A DNA stretch of 41,728 nt from a virus (IMGVR_UViG_3300015050_001115:1-41728); one strand, 5' to 3'. Shown: positions 25,051 through 34,783, counted from the first letter of the stretch. Translations and numbers: made by a program. The notes: generated from the letters alone by a model not told the origin.

Positions 25051-26517
25051 ATGACCACTCACCCGAACGAACCGGGGCACGTCGTTGACGCGCTGCCCTA
25101 CAATCTTGAGGCGGAGCAGGCGCTGCTCGGCGTGCTGCTCTATGAGAATTCGACCTTCCTGGAAGTCGACGGCAATGTCAGCGCCAAGGACTTTCACGAA
25201 CCCTTCCACGGCCGGCTCTACAAGACGCTCGGCGACCTGATCAAGGTCGGACGGCCGGCGGACCCCATCATCTTGGGGCCGTACTTCGCCATCGACCCGG
25301 CCTATGACGATCTTGGCGGCCTGCGCTACTTGGCCGACCTGGTCGACCGCGCCCCGCCAGCCCGCAGCGTGGCCGAATACGCCCGTCAAGTGCGGTCGAT
25401 GGCCCTGCGGCGCGATGTCATCCGCATCTGCCGGGACACGGCCGCCAAGGCGATGGCTGAGCACGCTACCGAAGGCGCCGACCTGATGGCGCACCTCGAA
25501 AAGGAAGTGCTCGGCGTCCGCGCGTCCAAGGCCGACCTGAGCCTGCGCGACTTTGACGACGTCGCCGACGAGGTGATCAGCGGCATGGATGGCGGAGACG
25601 ACCGCCGTCTGGTCAAGATCGGCCACGATAAGATCGACAACGCCGTGGGGGGATTCGAGTTTGGCGATCTTGTCGTCCTCGGCGGCCGCCCAGGGATGGG
25701 CAAGAGCGCGCTGGCCAGCTGCTGGGCCCTGAACGTCGCCTTGGCTCACCAGCGCGGCCTCTCGCCGGTTCCGCTGGGCGTCGTGATCCTGAACGGGGAA
25801 ATGACCACGGTTCAGATGGTCCGCCGCCACCTCACCGACTACGCCTTCACCCGCTTCGGGGAGAAGGGGCCCTATTATCGCGACATCCGCCGCGGGACCC
25901 TGACCGACGACCAGAAGGCCGTCCTGCACCAGTGCCGCAACGAGCTGCGCGGGCTGCCCATCAGGATGCTCAAGCGCACGGGCCTCACGCCTGGCCGCAT
26001 GCGCTCGCTCCTGCGCCGCCAGAAGATGCTCTGGGCCGCTCAGGGCATCAAGCTGGCCATGGTGGTGGTCGACCACGTCGGCCTGATGGGTCCAGACGAG
26101 GACACCCGCAGCCGCGGCCGCACCGAAGACCAGACGATGATCTCCGGCGCCCTCAAGGGCATGGCCGGCGATGACGAGCTCGACGTGGTCATGGTCGCCC
26201 TGGCCCAGCTGTCGCGCAAGCTCGAGGAACGCGACGACAAACGCCCGACCATGTCTGACCTGCGCGACAGCGGATCCTGGGAGCAGGACGCTGACATCGT
26301 CTGCGGGGTCTATCGCGACGCCTATTACGCCCGCCGTGAGCGCGAGCCCAAGGGCGAGATCAAGACTGCCGAATGGATGGCGCGCTGCGCCTCGCGCGAG
26401 GTGGAAGCGATTTTCATGAAGGTTCGAGAGGGAGAGGTTGCCACCGCCCGGCTATGGGCGGACATTGGACGAAACGCCATCAGGGACTTCGATCCCACCG
26501 ATCAGCTCGCATTTTAG
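25051..26517 (+). CDS. dnaB: DnaB-like replicative helicase
   Basis: PYNLEAEQALLG; GGRPGMGKS Walker A; VVVDHVGL; LAQLSR; DKRPTMSDLRDSGSWEQDAD. Confidence 0.95.
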   Translation: MTTHPNEPGHVVDALPYNLEAEQALLGVLLYENSTFLEVDGNVSAKDFHEPFHGRLYKTLGDLIKVGRPADPIILGPYFAIDPAYDDLGGLRYLADLVDRAPPARSVAEYARQVRSMALRRDVIRICRDTAAKAMAEHATEGADLMAHLEKEVLGVRASKADLSLRDFDDVADEVISGMDGGDDRRLVKIGHDKIDNAVGGFEFGDLVVLGGRPGMGKSALASCWALNVALAHQRGLSPVPLGVVILNGEMTTVQMVRRHLTDYAFTRFGEKGPYYRDIRRGTLTDDQKAVLHQCRNELRGLPIRMLKRTGLTPGRMRSLLRRQKMLWAAQGIKLAMVVVDHVGLMGPDEDTRSRGRTEDQTMISGALKGMAGDDELDVVMVALAQLSRKLEERDDKRPTMSDLRDSGSWEQDADIVCGVYRDAYYARREREPKGEIKTAEWMARCASREVEAIFMKVREGEVATARLWADIGRNAIRDFDPTDQLAF

Positions 26518-26533
26518 CAGGAAGCGAACCACC

Positions 26534-26857
26534 ATGACACGAGCGTCATTTATGGACGTCATCAACCGAGTTGAGGGATGGCATAACTTCGAGTCCGCCC
26601 TTCGGCACGCAACCTATTGGCCCGACATCAAGCCGGAGGCCCGCCTGATCGGTCTGGCGGCCATCGTCATTGCCTATGATATGCGCCGCGCTGGGGCTCC
26701 GGTGACGGAGGTGGAGAAGGCCACAGGCCTGACCGCCGAACAGATCCGCAAGGCCCTCTCCGGCAAGACTCGGGCCTTCACGGTCATGCGCTGGCAGGAC
26801 GACGATTTCGACGTCGTCATGCCGACCCAGGAATTCAGCTATGGGGCCGACCGATGA
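26534..26857 (+). CDS. Hypothetical protein, possible winged HTH
   Basis: AGGAAG RBS; VTEVEKATGLTAEQIRKAL HTH-like segment; between helicase and initiator. Confidence 0.55.
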   Translation: MTRASFMDVINRVEGWHNFESALRHATYWPDIKPEARLIGLAAIVIAYDMRRAGAPVTEVEKATGLTAEQIRKALSGKTRAFTVMRWQDDDFDVVMPTQEFSYGADR

Positions 26858-27840
26858 GCTCACAAGCCCTGATCGCCGTCGCCAACATGGCCGACTTCCC
26901 GCTTGAGAACACCACCCGCCTAGTGCTCTACGCCCTCGCCCACCGCCACAACTGGTTCACCGGCGACTGCTATCCGTCGTTCACGCGCCTGGCCCGTGAC
27001 GCGGGCGTCTCGAAGAACAGCGTGGCGCGGGCTATCGATTCCCTCACCGCGAACGGTTACCTCAAGGTCGTGCCGAACGATGGCCAGTCCAGCGGCGGCC
27101 GGAAGAGCGACCGCTACGTGTTCCTCTTCCCCGTTCCCGACCTGACGCCGGGACCGAAAAAGTCCACCATGGAAACTGCCCGCGATGGCTTTGTACCCAT
27201 TTCGACCGACTTTGTACCCACCACGGGAAACTTTGGCGCCACCATGGGTACAGAACAGGACTCTAACAGATCTAAGAACATAGACTCGGTCGGCGAAAAC
27301 GCCTCCGACACCGTGGTGGACATTTCGGCTGCGGTGGACCTGCTGTGGAAGTCGGCGTCAGACGCAGGCCGGCAGAGGTCATCCAAGGGCGACATCGAGA
27401 CCGCGCTGAAGGCCGCCGTGAAGCGCGGACCAGGAACGCCGCCCGAGCGGATGGAGCGGATCATGCGAGGGATGGGCGCCTGGTTCCGCAGCGCGGAAGC
27501 GACGAAGGACGACGGATCGTTTCAGGCCGGCATCCATCGCAAGATCGTCAAAGACCGCTGGGCCGGCTACCTCGACGACGAAGAGGCGCGGGTCTCTGCC
27601 GGCGGCAACGTGTCGCCAGCCGCCCAGCAGGCCGCCCAGACCATGGGGACCATCGACGCGCCCTCTGAGGCCCGGCAGAAGCTCTGGATGGAACTGTTCA
27701 GCCAAGGGATGCCCTGGGACAGCGAGCGAGGTCCCCAGCCCGGCCGCCTGGGCTGTCGCGTCGCGCCTGAGATCCAGCGCGCCTTCGGGACAGAGCCCTA
27801 CGCCCCGCCAGTCGACGAGGACGCCGCCGCTTTCAACTGA
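26854..27840 (+). CDS. Replication initiator (lambda O-like, N-terminal winged HTH)
   Basis: RLVLYALAHRHN..TGDCYPSFTRLARDAGVSKNSVARAIDSL..GYL; internal DNA repeats. Confidence 0.82.
   Translation: MSSQALIAVANMADFPLENTTRLVLYALAHRHNWFTGDCYPSFTRLARDAGVSKNSVARAIDSLTANGYLKVVPNDGQSSGGRKSDRYVFLFPVPDLTPGPKKSTMETARDGFVPISTDFVPTTGNFGATMGTEQDSNRSKNIDSVGENASDTVVDISAAVDLLWKSASDAGRQRSSKGDIETALKAAVKRGPGTPPERMERIMRGMGAWFRSAEATKDDGSFQAGIHRKIVKDRWAGYLDDEEARVSAGGNVSPAAQQAAQTMGTIDAPSEARQKLWMELFSQGMPWDSERGPQPGRLGCRVAPEIQRAFGTEPYAPPVDEDAAAFN
27189..27252. repeat. Probable replication-origin iterons (three 21-bp units)
   Basis: CTTTGTACCCA at 27189 and 27210, CTTTGGCGCCA at 27231; inverted TGGGTACA at 27245; A-rich tract follows. 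Confidence 0.7.
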
Positions 27841-27856
27841 TCTGCGAAGATAGGAC

Positions 27857-27886
27857 TTGACGCCCGGCCGGTGATCAGGCCATGGT
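27857..27886 (+). promoter_or_regulatory. Possible sigma70-type promoter
   Basis: (C)TTGACG-N18-CATGGT in the gap after the initiator gene. Confidence 0.45.
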
Positions 27887-27926
27887 CGGGCGTCACCAGG
27901 GCAACAGGCGCCCGGAGGAAAACACG

Positions 27927-28178
27927 ATGTTGAAGAAGTTGTTCAGGCAGACGAAATCGTCGCGGTGGACGATCAGCGGCAACGGCTCTCGAGACGAGAA
28001 GCGCATTCTCGGCGTCTGGTTTTATCGCCGCCAAAGGGTCCAGAAGTGGGCGCCGCTGATGCACGAAGTCGAGGAAGAGCGTGGCGTTCGAATCGGGCAC
28101 GTTCGCATCTCGATCTCGTTCACGAACAAATTGTTCTTTGACGGCAAAGAGCCGCGCAAAGTCGCGGGTGATTACTGA
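27927..28178 (+). CDS. Basic hypothetical protein
   Basis: GGAGG RBS before MLKKLF. Confidence 0.6.
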   Translation: MLKKLFRQTKSSRWTISGNGSRDEKRILGVWFYRRQRVQKWAPLMHEVEEERGVRIGHVRISISFTNKLFFDGKEPRKVAGDY

Positions 28179-28546
28179 TGCAGCCCTATCGCTGGTATGA
28201 CCCCGCCGAAGTGGTCGAAGACGCCGAAGCCTACGTCCGCGATATCGAGGACCGCCACCACGGCGAGAAATCGCGGATGTACTCGGCCATGGCAGACGAG
28301 AACCACCGGCTGCGGCTGATGGCCGAACAGGCGCTGCGGCCGGCGATGGAATTGGCCGCCCGCACCCCGGCGCCGGCTATGGTCTTCGTCAACACGCCGT
28401 CGCCTGACGCCATCAAGACCGTGCGCCTGGGCGCTGAGAACGCCCTGTTCAACCTGAGCCAAACCGGGAAGCCGTTGCCCAACGACGAAGCCCTGCAGAT
28501 CTTCCAGCGGTTCGTCGAGCTGCTCACGCCTGCGAAGGTGGTGTGA
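28178..28546 (+). CDS. Hypothetical protein
   Basis: TGATG coupling; host-like codon usage. Confidence 0.65.
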   Translation: MQPYRWYDPAEVVEDAEAYVRDIEDRHHGEKSRMYSAMADENHRLRLMAEQALRPAMELAARTPAPAMVFVNTPSPDAIKTVRLGAENALFNLSQTGKPLPNDEALQIFQRFVELLTPAKVV

Positions 28547-28812
28547 TGGACATCCCAGGCTGGTTTGTTGTCGACGAAGCGACGCCCATTGAGGAAATCC
28601 TTGAAGTGGTCCAGCAGGTGTTCGTCGACATTCCCTCCCAACCGATGCTCATGTCGCTGCGCGATGGCCCATGGCCGCAAGGCGTTTGGCATTGGGAGCC
28701 AGAGGGCTATCCGTCGTCCACTGAGCCCACGCATTACCGAAAGATGACCGGCGCGACGGCTGCAAACGCGGCCGTGGCGACGCGGTCGATTGTTGAACCG
28801 GAGACCGCATGA
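28546..28812 (+). CDS. Hypothetical protein
   Basis: TGATG coupling; W....EPTHY motif of small phage DUF551-like proteins. Confidence 0.55.
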   Translation: MDIPGWFVVDEATPIEEILEVVQQVFVDIPSQPMLMSLRDGPWPQGVWHWEPEGYPSSTEPTHYRKMTGATAANAAVATRSIVEPETA

Positions 28813-29027
28813 CAGCCCGCCCCCACGCGCCCAAGAAGGCCTGGATGACCGAAGACCAGTTCAGCCGGTCGATTGAGGCCCTGGGCCTGTCGAGCCGCGC
28901 CGCTGCGAAGGAACTGGACATCGACGAGCGCACGGTGCGCCGCTACGTGTCCGGCGAGCTGCCGGTTACGAAGGTGGTGCAGCTCGCGCTGATCGGTTTG
29001 CGGGCTCAGGGCGTGGTGACGCGATGA
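28809..29027 (+). CDS. XRE-family HTH protein
   Basis: MTEDQF...EALGLSSRAAAKELDIDERTVRRYVSGELPV. Confidence 0.8.
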   Translation: MTARPHAPKKAWMTEDQFSRSIEALGLSSRAAAKELDIDERTVRRYVSGELPVTKVVQLALIGLRAQGVVTR

Positions 29028-29164
29028 GTGATCGTTGCAGAGTCTGCGGCGGAAGCCTCCATGAACATGCGAAGGATAGGACCCGCGCCAGGTTTGCCGA
29101 GCGAGCGCTGGTTTTCACCGTCCTCGCGTGCATCGTCCTGGTGCTGATAGCGGTGCTCACGTGA
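29024..29164 (+). CDS. Small membrane protein (46 aa, not in the ORF track)
   Basis: MSDRCRVCGGSLHEH...ALVFTVLACIVLVLIAVLT; ATGA and GTGA overlaps at both ends. Confidence 0.55.
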   Translation: MSDRCRVCGGSLHEHAKDRTRARFAERALVFTVLACIVLVLIAVLT

Positions 29165-29343
29165 AAATCCCCGACATCCTGAAAGGCTCAACCTACGCCG
29201 GGGAGCCGTTCGAGACGATGTCTCACGAGCGTGTTCTCGAGGTGCTCGCCCATGTGCTCGAGCAGCAGCGCCGCGAGCGCGAAGAGACTCAGCGCCAATA
29301 TGGCGTACTGGCCAGCATGCGCAGCGCGCGGGTAGGCGCATGA
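29161..29343 (+). CDS. Hypothetical protein
   Basis: GTG start coupled to the upstream stop. Confidence 0.5.
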   Translation: MKIPDILKGSTYAGEPFETMSHERVLEVLAHVLEQQRREREETQRQYGVLASMRSARVGA

Positions 29344-29636
29344 AGTTCGGATTGATCTCCCCCCGCGGCAAGCCGCTGGCCGAAGGCGAGACGCGCGACG
29401 CCTTCGCAGGCGGGCCCCAGGTGCTGACTTGGCGCGGCCTGACCTATCTGCGCGAGCCTGAGCCTGCGCCAGATGGCCGCATCCTGTTCCGCGAGGTGCT
29501 GGGCCAGGCGCTGGAATACTACGAAGCCACGCCGACCGAGTCCGCCGCGCAGCTGTGGACTACGCCGACGGCCATATCCCGTCGGATCGGCGTCGAGCCC
29601 CGCCCTGGCGGCGACACATGGCCGCTCCCCAAATGA
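29340..29636 (+). CDS. Hypothetical protein
   Basis: ATGA coupling at both ends. Confidence 0.55.
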   Translation: MKFGLISPRGKPLAEGETRDAFAGGPQVLTWRGLTYLREPEPAPDGRILFREVLGQALEYYEATPTESAAQLWTTPTAISRRIGVEPRPGGDTWPLPK

Positions 29637-29827
29637 GCGAGGGCCACAAGACGCGCGAGGAAGCGATAGAGCAGGCCCTGCGCGATGCCTTGGCGCTGGG
29701 CGAGGCCTGCTCTATCATCGCCTGCGTGGGGCCCCCGGCGTGCCTCCGCATAGAACCATCAAACGCTGAGAGTGAGGCCTGTACTATGTGCGAACGCACG
29801 ACGATCCACGCCCGAGGTGCGGCGTGA
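29633..29827 (+). CDS. Small Cys-containing hypothetical protein
   Basis: MSEGHKTREE..., C..C/CxxC; coupled. Confidence 0.5.
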   Translation: MSEGHKTREEAIEQALRDALALGEACSIIACVGPPACLRIEPSNAESEACTMCERTTIHARGAA

Positions 29828-30033
29828 TGGAAGATCCGCGCATCGTCGTGGTCTCGACGCCGAAGCCCGCAGAGCCCACCCGCAAGGACATCAAGGTCGG
29901 AACGCGGTTTCGCGATGCCTCTGGCCGCCGGATGATCGTCGAGAAGGTGAACGACGACGAGACGGTCCAGGCGCGCTGCTTGGACAACCGCAAGCAGCGG
30001 CGAGCGCGGGCGGCCAAGAAGCGGAAGGGCTGA
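29827..30033 (+). CDS. Small beta-rich hypothetical protein
   Basis: IKVGTRFRDASGRRMIVEKV...VQARC (DUF2158-like small barrel); GAGG RBS. Confidence 0.55.
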   Translation: MEDPRIVVVSTPKPAEPTRKDIKVGTRFRDASGRRMIVEKVNDDETVQARCLDNRKQRRARAAKKRKG

Positions 30034-30035
30034 GC

Positions 30036-30458
30036 ATGACGACAATCGCTTATCGCGATGGCGTCTTGGCGGCAGACACGCTGACGACCAACAACGGCGG
30101 CGCAGTCGGCTATGGCGGCTGGAAGATCGGCGGCAAGAACGGCGTCTTGTGGTCAACCGCAGGCGACTCGGCCTGGGGGAAGATCTTTCGCGACTGGATG
30201 TCCACCGGACAGCGCGGCGACATCGATAAGCCGGACGAAGTGACCGCCGGTCTCGTTTACACGCCCTGCGGCCTGATCTTGGTCTATCACTCGAGCGGCA
30301 TCGAGGTCCGCCGCGGATTGCCTTTCTGGGCGGACGGCAGCGGCCAGGATTACGCCCTTGGCGCCATGCAGGTAGGAGCATCGCCCGAGCAGGCTGTTCG
30401 CGCCGCGATGGTCTGGGATCTCCACACCGGCGGTGATGTCGTCACGGTGCGCCGCTGA
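30036..30458 (+). CDS. Ntn-hydrolase, proteasome beta/HslV-like peptidase
   Basis: M-TTIAYRDGVLAAD; K; AGD; WADGSGQDYALGAM..GASPEQAV..A..D.HTGG. Confidence 0.78.
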   Translation: MTTIAYRDGVLAADTLTTNNGGAVGYGGWKIGGKNGVLWSTAGDSAWGKIFRDWMSTGQRGDIDKPDEVTAGLVYTPCGLILVYHSSGIEVRRGLPFWADGSGQDYALGAMQVGASPEQAVRAAMVWDLHTGGDVVTVRR

Positions 30459-30877
30459 TGGCCCAAGATCCAGACAAGAAACTGGTCCACAAAGAGTTGA
30501 TGTTCGTCGAGGAATACATCGTCGACGGCAACGCCACGCGCGCCGCCATTGCCGCCGGCTACTCGGAAAAGTCGGCCGCGAATCTCGGCGCGCGGCTGAT
30601 TAAAAAGGTCCATATCCAGAAGGCCATCATGGCCAGGCGCGAAAAGCGCGTAGCAGCGATTGAAGTGACAGAGCAGTGGGTCATCGACCGGCTGGCCTTT
30701 GTCGCCGCTGAGTGCAGCACGATTGGCCCTCGCTGGAACCCCGCCGGCGCCGCGCGGTGCGCGGAGCTGATCGGCCGGCACAAGCAGATGTTCACCGACA
30801 AGATCATCCATGGCGGCCACGTCCAGGTAGACGGTGAATTCCGCCTGACCATGCAGCCGGGCGACGACAAGCTCTGA
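30458..30877 (+). CDS. terS: Terminase small subunit
   Basis: FVEEYIVDGNATRAAIAAGYSEKSA...GARL; ELIGRH..MFTDK. Confidence 0.93.
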   Translation: MAQDPDKKLVHKELMFVEEYIVDGNATRAAIAAGYSEKSAANLGARLIKKVHIQKAIMARREKRVAAIEVTEQWVIDRLAFVAAECSTIGPRWNPAGAARCAELIGRHKQMFTDKIIHGGHVQVDGEFRLTMQPGDDKL

Positions 30878-32241
30878 TGTTCGCCCTCACCGCCAAGCAG
30901 CTGGGCGCGCAGGCGATCCTCGCGGGTCTGGCGCTGCACATCATGCTGTTCGGCGGCTCGCGGTCGGGTAAGACGTTCCTGCTTGTGCGCGCCGTGGTGC
31001 TGCGGGCTCTGAAGGCCCCGAACAGTCGGCACGCCATCTTCCGCTTCCGCCAGAACAGCATCATCAGCTCCATCGTGGGGGACACGTTCCCGAAGGTGAT
31101 GCGGCTCTGCTTCGCCGGGGTCGAGTGGAAGCTGTCGAAGACGTTCTGGTATGTCGTGCTGCCCAATGGCGCCGAGATATGGTTCTCAGGACTCGACGAC
31201 GAAAAGCGGGTCGAGAAGATCCTGGGGATGGAGTTCGTCACCCTGTACTTCAACGAGTGCAGCCAAATCCCCTACGAGTCGCGCAACATTGCGCTGACCC
31301 GCCTGGCGCAGAAGGTCGACCAGATCGTCAACGGCCAGAACCTGGGCCCGCTGCAGCCCCGCGCCTACTATGACGAGAACCCACCATCGAAGGCGCACTG
31401 GACCTATAAGCTGTTCGTCCAGAAGCTGGACCCCGAGACCAAGATGCCGGTCGCGGATCCGCGCGCCTACGCCGCCTATCAGATCAACCCGACCGACAAC
31501 GCCGAGAACATCGACGCCGGCTACCTGGTCACGCTGAACGCCATGTCGGCCAGGATGCGCAAGCGCTTCCGCGATGGTGAGTTCGGGGCCGCGACGCCGG
31601 GCGCGCTGTTCACGGACGAGATCATCGAGAAGTGGCGCGTCGGCGTCACGGAGCCCGGCGCCGAGCCGTGGGAGCCGCCGCAGTTCGTCCGCGTCGTGGT
31701 GGCGGTCGACCCATCTGGCTCCGGCGACGTCGACAACGCCGACAATGACGAAATCGGGATCACGGTCGTGGGCCTGGGCGTCGATGGCGTGGCCTATCTG
31801 CTCGAGGACTGCACCATCAAGGCAGGGCCCGGGACCTGGGGCCGCGTCGTGACGACCGCCTATGACCGCCACGAAGCGGACTGCGTCGTCGGCGAAATCA
31901 ACTACGGCGGCGCCATGGTGGGTCACACCATCCAGACGGCCCGGCCGCGCACGCCCTTCAAGATGGTCACGGCCACCCGCGGCAAGCACGTCCGCGCCGA
32001 GCCCTTCTCGTCCCTCTATGAGCAGGGCAAGGTTCGCCACGTGGGCAACTTCCCGGAGCTTGAGACGGAGCTGACCGGCTTCAACACGAACGGCTATGTG
32101 GGAACCGGCTCGCCGAACCGCGCCGACGCCCTGATCTGGGCCCTCACTGAGCTGTTCCCGGGGATGGTCAAGCCCCGCACCCCACCGCGCCCGGTAATTC
32201 CACCGCCGCGCATGACGACCGCCTTCAACCGGAACCGGTGA
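30877..32241 (+). CDS. terL: Terminase large subunit
   Basis: Walker A FGGSRSGKT; YFNECSQ; nuclease VAVDPSG, SPNRADAL. Confidence 0.93.
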   Translation: MFALTAKQLGAQAILAGLALHIMLFGGSRSGKTFLLVRAVVLRALKAPNSRHAIFRFRQNSIISSIVGDTFPKVMRLCFAGVEWKLSKTFWYVVLPNGAEIWFSGLDDEKRVEKILGMEFVTLYFNECSQIPYESRNIALTRLAQKVDQIVNGQNLGPLQPRAYYDENPPSKAHWTYKLFVQKLDPETKMPVADPRAYAAYQINPTDNAENIDAGYLVTLNAMSARMRKRFRDGEFGAATPGALFTDEIIEKWRVGVTEPGAEPWEPPQFVRVVVAVDPSGSGDVDNADNDEIGITVVGLGVDGVAYLLEDCTIKAGPGTWGRVVTTAYDRHEADCVVGEINYGGAMVGHTIQTARPRTPFKMVTATRGKHVRAEPFSSLYEQGKVRHVGNFPELETELTGFNTNGYVGTGSPNRADALIWALTELFPGMVKPRTPPRPVIPPPRMTTAFNRNR

Positions 32242-32462
32242 TGCGCTCGCTGGTGTTCGAAGGCATCGAGTTGACCGATGATCGCCTCGCGGCCCTGATT
32301 GGCCTCGCGCGTTGCCCCAACGGTTCGGCGGGGGTCGTCGACGTCTTGCCCGGCGCGCTGCTCGCCACACTGGTGCAGATGGGCCTCGCCGACCGCGCCC
32401 CGCCGTTGGATAGCCACGGCGGGGCGTCGGTGGTAGGCGTGAAGCTCCAGATAGAGGGCTGA
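32241..32462 (+). CDS. Hypothetical protein between terL and portal
   Basis: Coupled to the terL stop; fills the gap to the portal gene. Confidence 0.5.
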   Translation: MRSLVFEGIELTDDRLAALIGLARCPNGSAGVVDVLPGALLATLVQMGLADRAPPLDSHGGASVVGVKLQIEG

Positions 32463-32471
32463 GATCACGCC

Positions 32472-34565
32472 ATGGCTGAAGACCTTCCCGCCACCACCAC
32501 GAATTCGGCAGGCCAGAGCGACGATGACGTCCATGGCGTCGCAGTTCGCCAATTCGACTCCATCATCGTCGCGGTCCAGGAAGAGCGGCAGCTGGCCCTG
32601 CAGGATCGGCGCTTCTGCTCCATCGCCGGCGCGATGTGGGAGGACCAGTGGGGCGATCTGTTCGACAACTCGATCAAGGTCGAGGTGAACAAGACCGCCC
32701 AGGGCGTCGAGAAGATCCTCGAGCACTACCGGTCCAACCGCGTGACGGTGGAATTCCGAGCCGTCGGCGACGCGTCCAGCGCCCAGACCGCGTCGACCCT
32801 CAACGGCATGTTCCGCGCCGACGTCTACAACTCCAAGGGCCAGCAGGCCTTCGATAACGGGTTCGAAGAGGGCGTGATGGGCGGCATCGGGGCCTGGCGC
32901 CTGATCAATCGCCGCGAAGACCCCTACGATCCCGACAACCTGGCCCAGCGGATCTTCTTCGAGGCCATCGTGGACGCCGACCAGAGCGTGTTCTGGGACC
33001 CCAACAGCAAGCTCTATGACAAGAGCGACGCCCAATATTGCTTCGTTCTGACGGCGATGGCCCGGGCGGCCTATGTGGCCGAGTACGGCGAGGAAGGCGC
33101 GGACTGGTCGCCGGGGATCTGGAAGGCGCACTACGACTGGTACACTCCCGACGTCATCTATGTGGCCGAATACTACCGGGTCGAGCACGTCAGCGACCGC
33201 ATCATCGTCCTGCGCCACAAGGTGACGGGTGAGCAGCGCCGGGAGTACGCCTCGCGCACGCCGGCCGAGCAGATCGCCGACCTTGAGATCCAGGGATGGC
33301 AGGTGCTGCGCCGCACTCAGGCCCGCCGTCGGATCGTGCGCAAGTGGACCATGAGCGGCCAGAAGATGCTGTCGAAGGGCAAGACCATCGCCGGGTCGCT
33401 GATCCCCGTGGTGCCCTTCTACGGCAAGCGCTGGTTCATCGACAACATGGAGCGCAGCCGCGGCCATGTGCGCCTCGCGAAGGACCCGAACCGGATTTAC
33501 AACAGCCAGGTGGCCAAGCTGGTCGAGACCTCGGCACTGGCCCCGCTCGAGCGCCCCATCGTCACCACCACGCAGATCGCCGGCCATGAGCAGTCTTGGG
33601 CCGATGCGAACATCAATCGGGCCGCTTACGCGCTGATTAACCCCACCATGGACGCCAACGGCAACGAGCTGCCGTCTGGCCCGGTCGGGAAGATCGAACC
33701 GCCGACCCTCGCGCCCGTCACGGCCGCCCTGATCCAGCTGGTGGGCTCTGACCTGGCGGAGATCACCAACAGCCAGGACGGCGCGGACACGGCCACCGCC
33801 AACATCTCCGCCGACGCCATGGACATCGCCGCCACGCGCACAGACGCGAAGGCCGGCATCTACATGGACAACATGCGCCAGAGCATGCAGCGGTGCGGCG
33901 AGATTTACGCCTCGATGGCCCCTGACGTCTATGTCGAGGAAGGCCGCGAAGTCGAGACCATGGACGCTGACGGCGGGGAAGGAACCGCCATCCTAGCCGA
34001 GCCCTTCACCGATCCGAACGGGCGCTTCCAGATTCGCAACGACCTGGCCGCCGGCAAGTACCGAGTGATCTCCGATGTGACGGAAGCGACCGCCACCCGC
34101 CGCGACAAGACCGTGAAAACCCTGGTCAACGCCGCTGGCGTGATTGCTTCGGTCGATCCCGAGGCGGCGGCGGCCATGCTGAACACCGCCCTGCTGAACA
34201 TGGACGGCGAGGGCATGACGGATCTGCAAGACTGGATCCGCTCGCGCCTGGTGACGCAGGGGATCGTCAAGCCCACGCCGGAGGAACAGGCGCAGATGGA
34301 GCAGGCGGCCCAGCAACAGCAGCCAGACCCGCAGGCGCAAGCCTTGGCGGCCGTGGCGGACAAGGAAGGCGCAGCGGCCGACAAATACCGCGCCGACACG
34401 ATCCTATCGGAGGCCAAGACCGAACAGACCATCGCCGAGACGGAGAAAATACGGGTCGAGACGGAGGACAAGCGGCAGGAGCACCGCGTCGGCCTGGTCG
34501 AGCGCGTCACCGGCATGTTCAAGCCCAAGCCGAAGGCTGGACAGCCTGCAAAACCGGCGCCATAG
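32472..34565 (+). CDS. P22-like portal protein
   Basis: 697 aa; DRRF..IAGAMWE; EVNK; GGIGAWRL; IPVVPFYGKRWFIDNMER..GHVRLAKDP.R.YN. Confidence 0.93.
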   Translation: MAEDLPATTTNSAGQSDDDVHGVAVRQFDSIIVAVQEERQLALQDRRFCSIAGAMWEDQWGDLFDNSIKVEVNKTAQGVEKILEHYRSNRVTVEFRAVGDASSAQTASTLNGMFRADVYNSKGQQAFDNGFEEGVMGGIGAWRLINRREDPYDPDNLAQRIFFEAIVDADQSVFWDPNSKLYDKSDAQYCFVLTAMARAAYVAEYGEEGADWSPGIWKAHYDWYTPDVIYVAEYYRVEHVSDRIIVLRHKVTGEQRREYASRTPAEQIADLEIQGWQVLRRTQARRRIVRKWTMSGQKMLSKGKTIAGSLIPVVPFYGKRWFIDNMERSRGHVRLAKDPNRIYNSQVAKLVETSALAPLERPIVTTTQIAGHEQSWADANINRAAYALINPTMDANGNELPSGPVGKIEPPTLAPVTAALIQLVGSDLAEITNSQDGADTATANISADAMDIAATRTDAKAGIYMDNMRQSMQRCGEIYASMAPDVYVEEGREVETMDADGGEGTAILAEPFTDPNGRFQIRNDLAAGKYRVISDVTEATATRRDKTVKTLVNAAGVIASVDPEAAAAMLNTALLNMDGEGMTDLQDWIRSRLVTQGIVKPTPEEQAQMEQAAQQQQPDPQAQALAAVADKEGAAADKYRADTILSEAKTEQTIAETEKIRVETEDKRQEHRVGLVERVTGMFKPKPKAGQPAKPAP

Positions 34566-34624
34566 TCTGGCCAAGCACGAGCACCCCCGCCCGCTCTTGC
34601 GAGTAGCCTCCTGATCGCGTTCGG

Positions 34625-34663
34625 ACCCCATCAGCCCCGCCCGGCTGGTGGGGTTTCGCGTTT
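34625..34663 (+). terminator. Terminator-like hairpin after the portal gene
   Basis: ACCCCATCAGCC-loop-GGCTGGTGGGGT followed by TTCGCGTTT. Confidence 0.5.
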
Positions 34664-34754
34664 AGTGAGGCTATACGTGAATGGTGGTCTCAAACACTGG
34701 CCCCGGGCGGTATCGGAACTGCCGCTCCGGGGCTGGTGGCCAAAACCCCCGAAA

Positions 34755-34783
34755 TTGACCAAACCCCCGCTGGCGCGTATCTC
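34755..34783 (+). promoter_or_regulatory. Probable sigma70-type promoter for scaffold/coat
   Basis: TTGACC-N17-TATCTC. Confidence 0.55.

Noticed and set aside
27189-27252. CRISPR-like or guide mini-array
   Set aside because: The units are contiguous, degenerate 21-mers within a coding sequence with no unique spacers; iterons explain them better.
28809-29027. XRE HTH protein as the CI immunity repressor
   Set aside because: It is only 72 aa, lacks a peptidase domain and sits mid-operon far from the divergent promoters.
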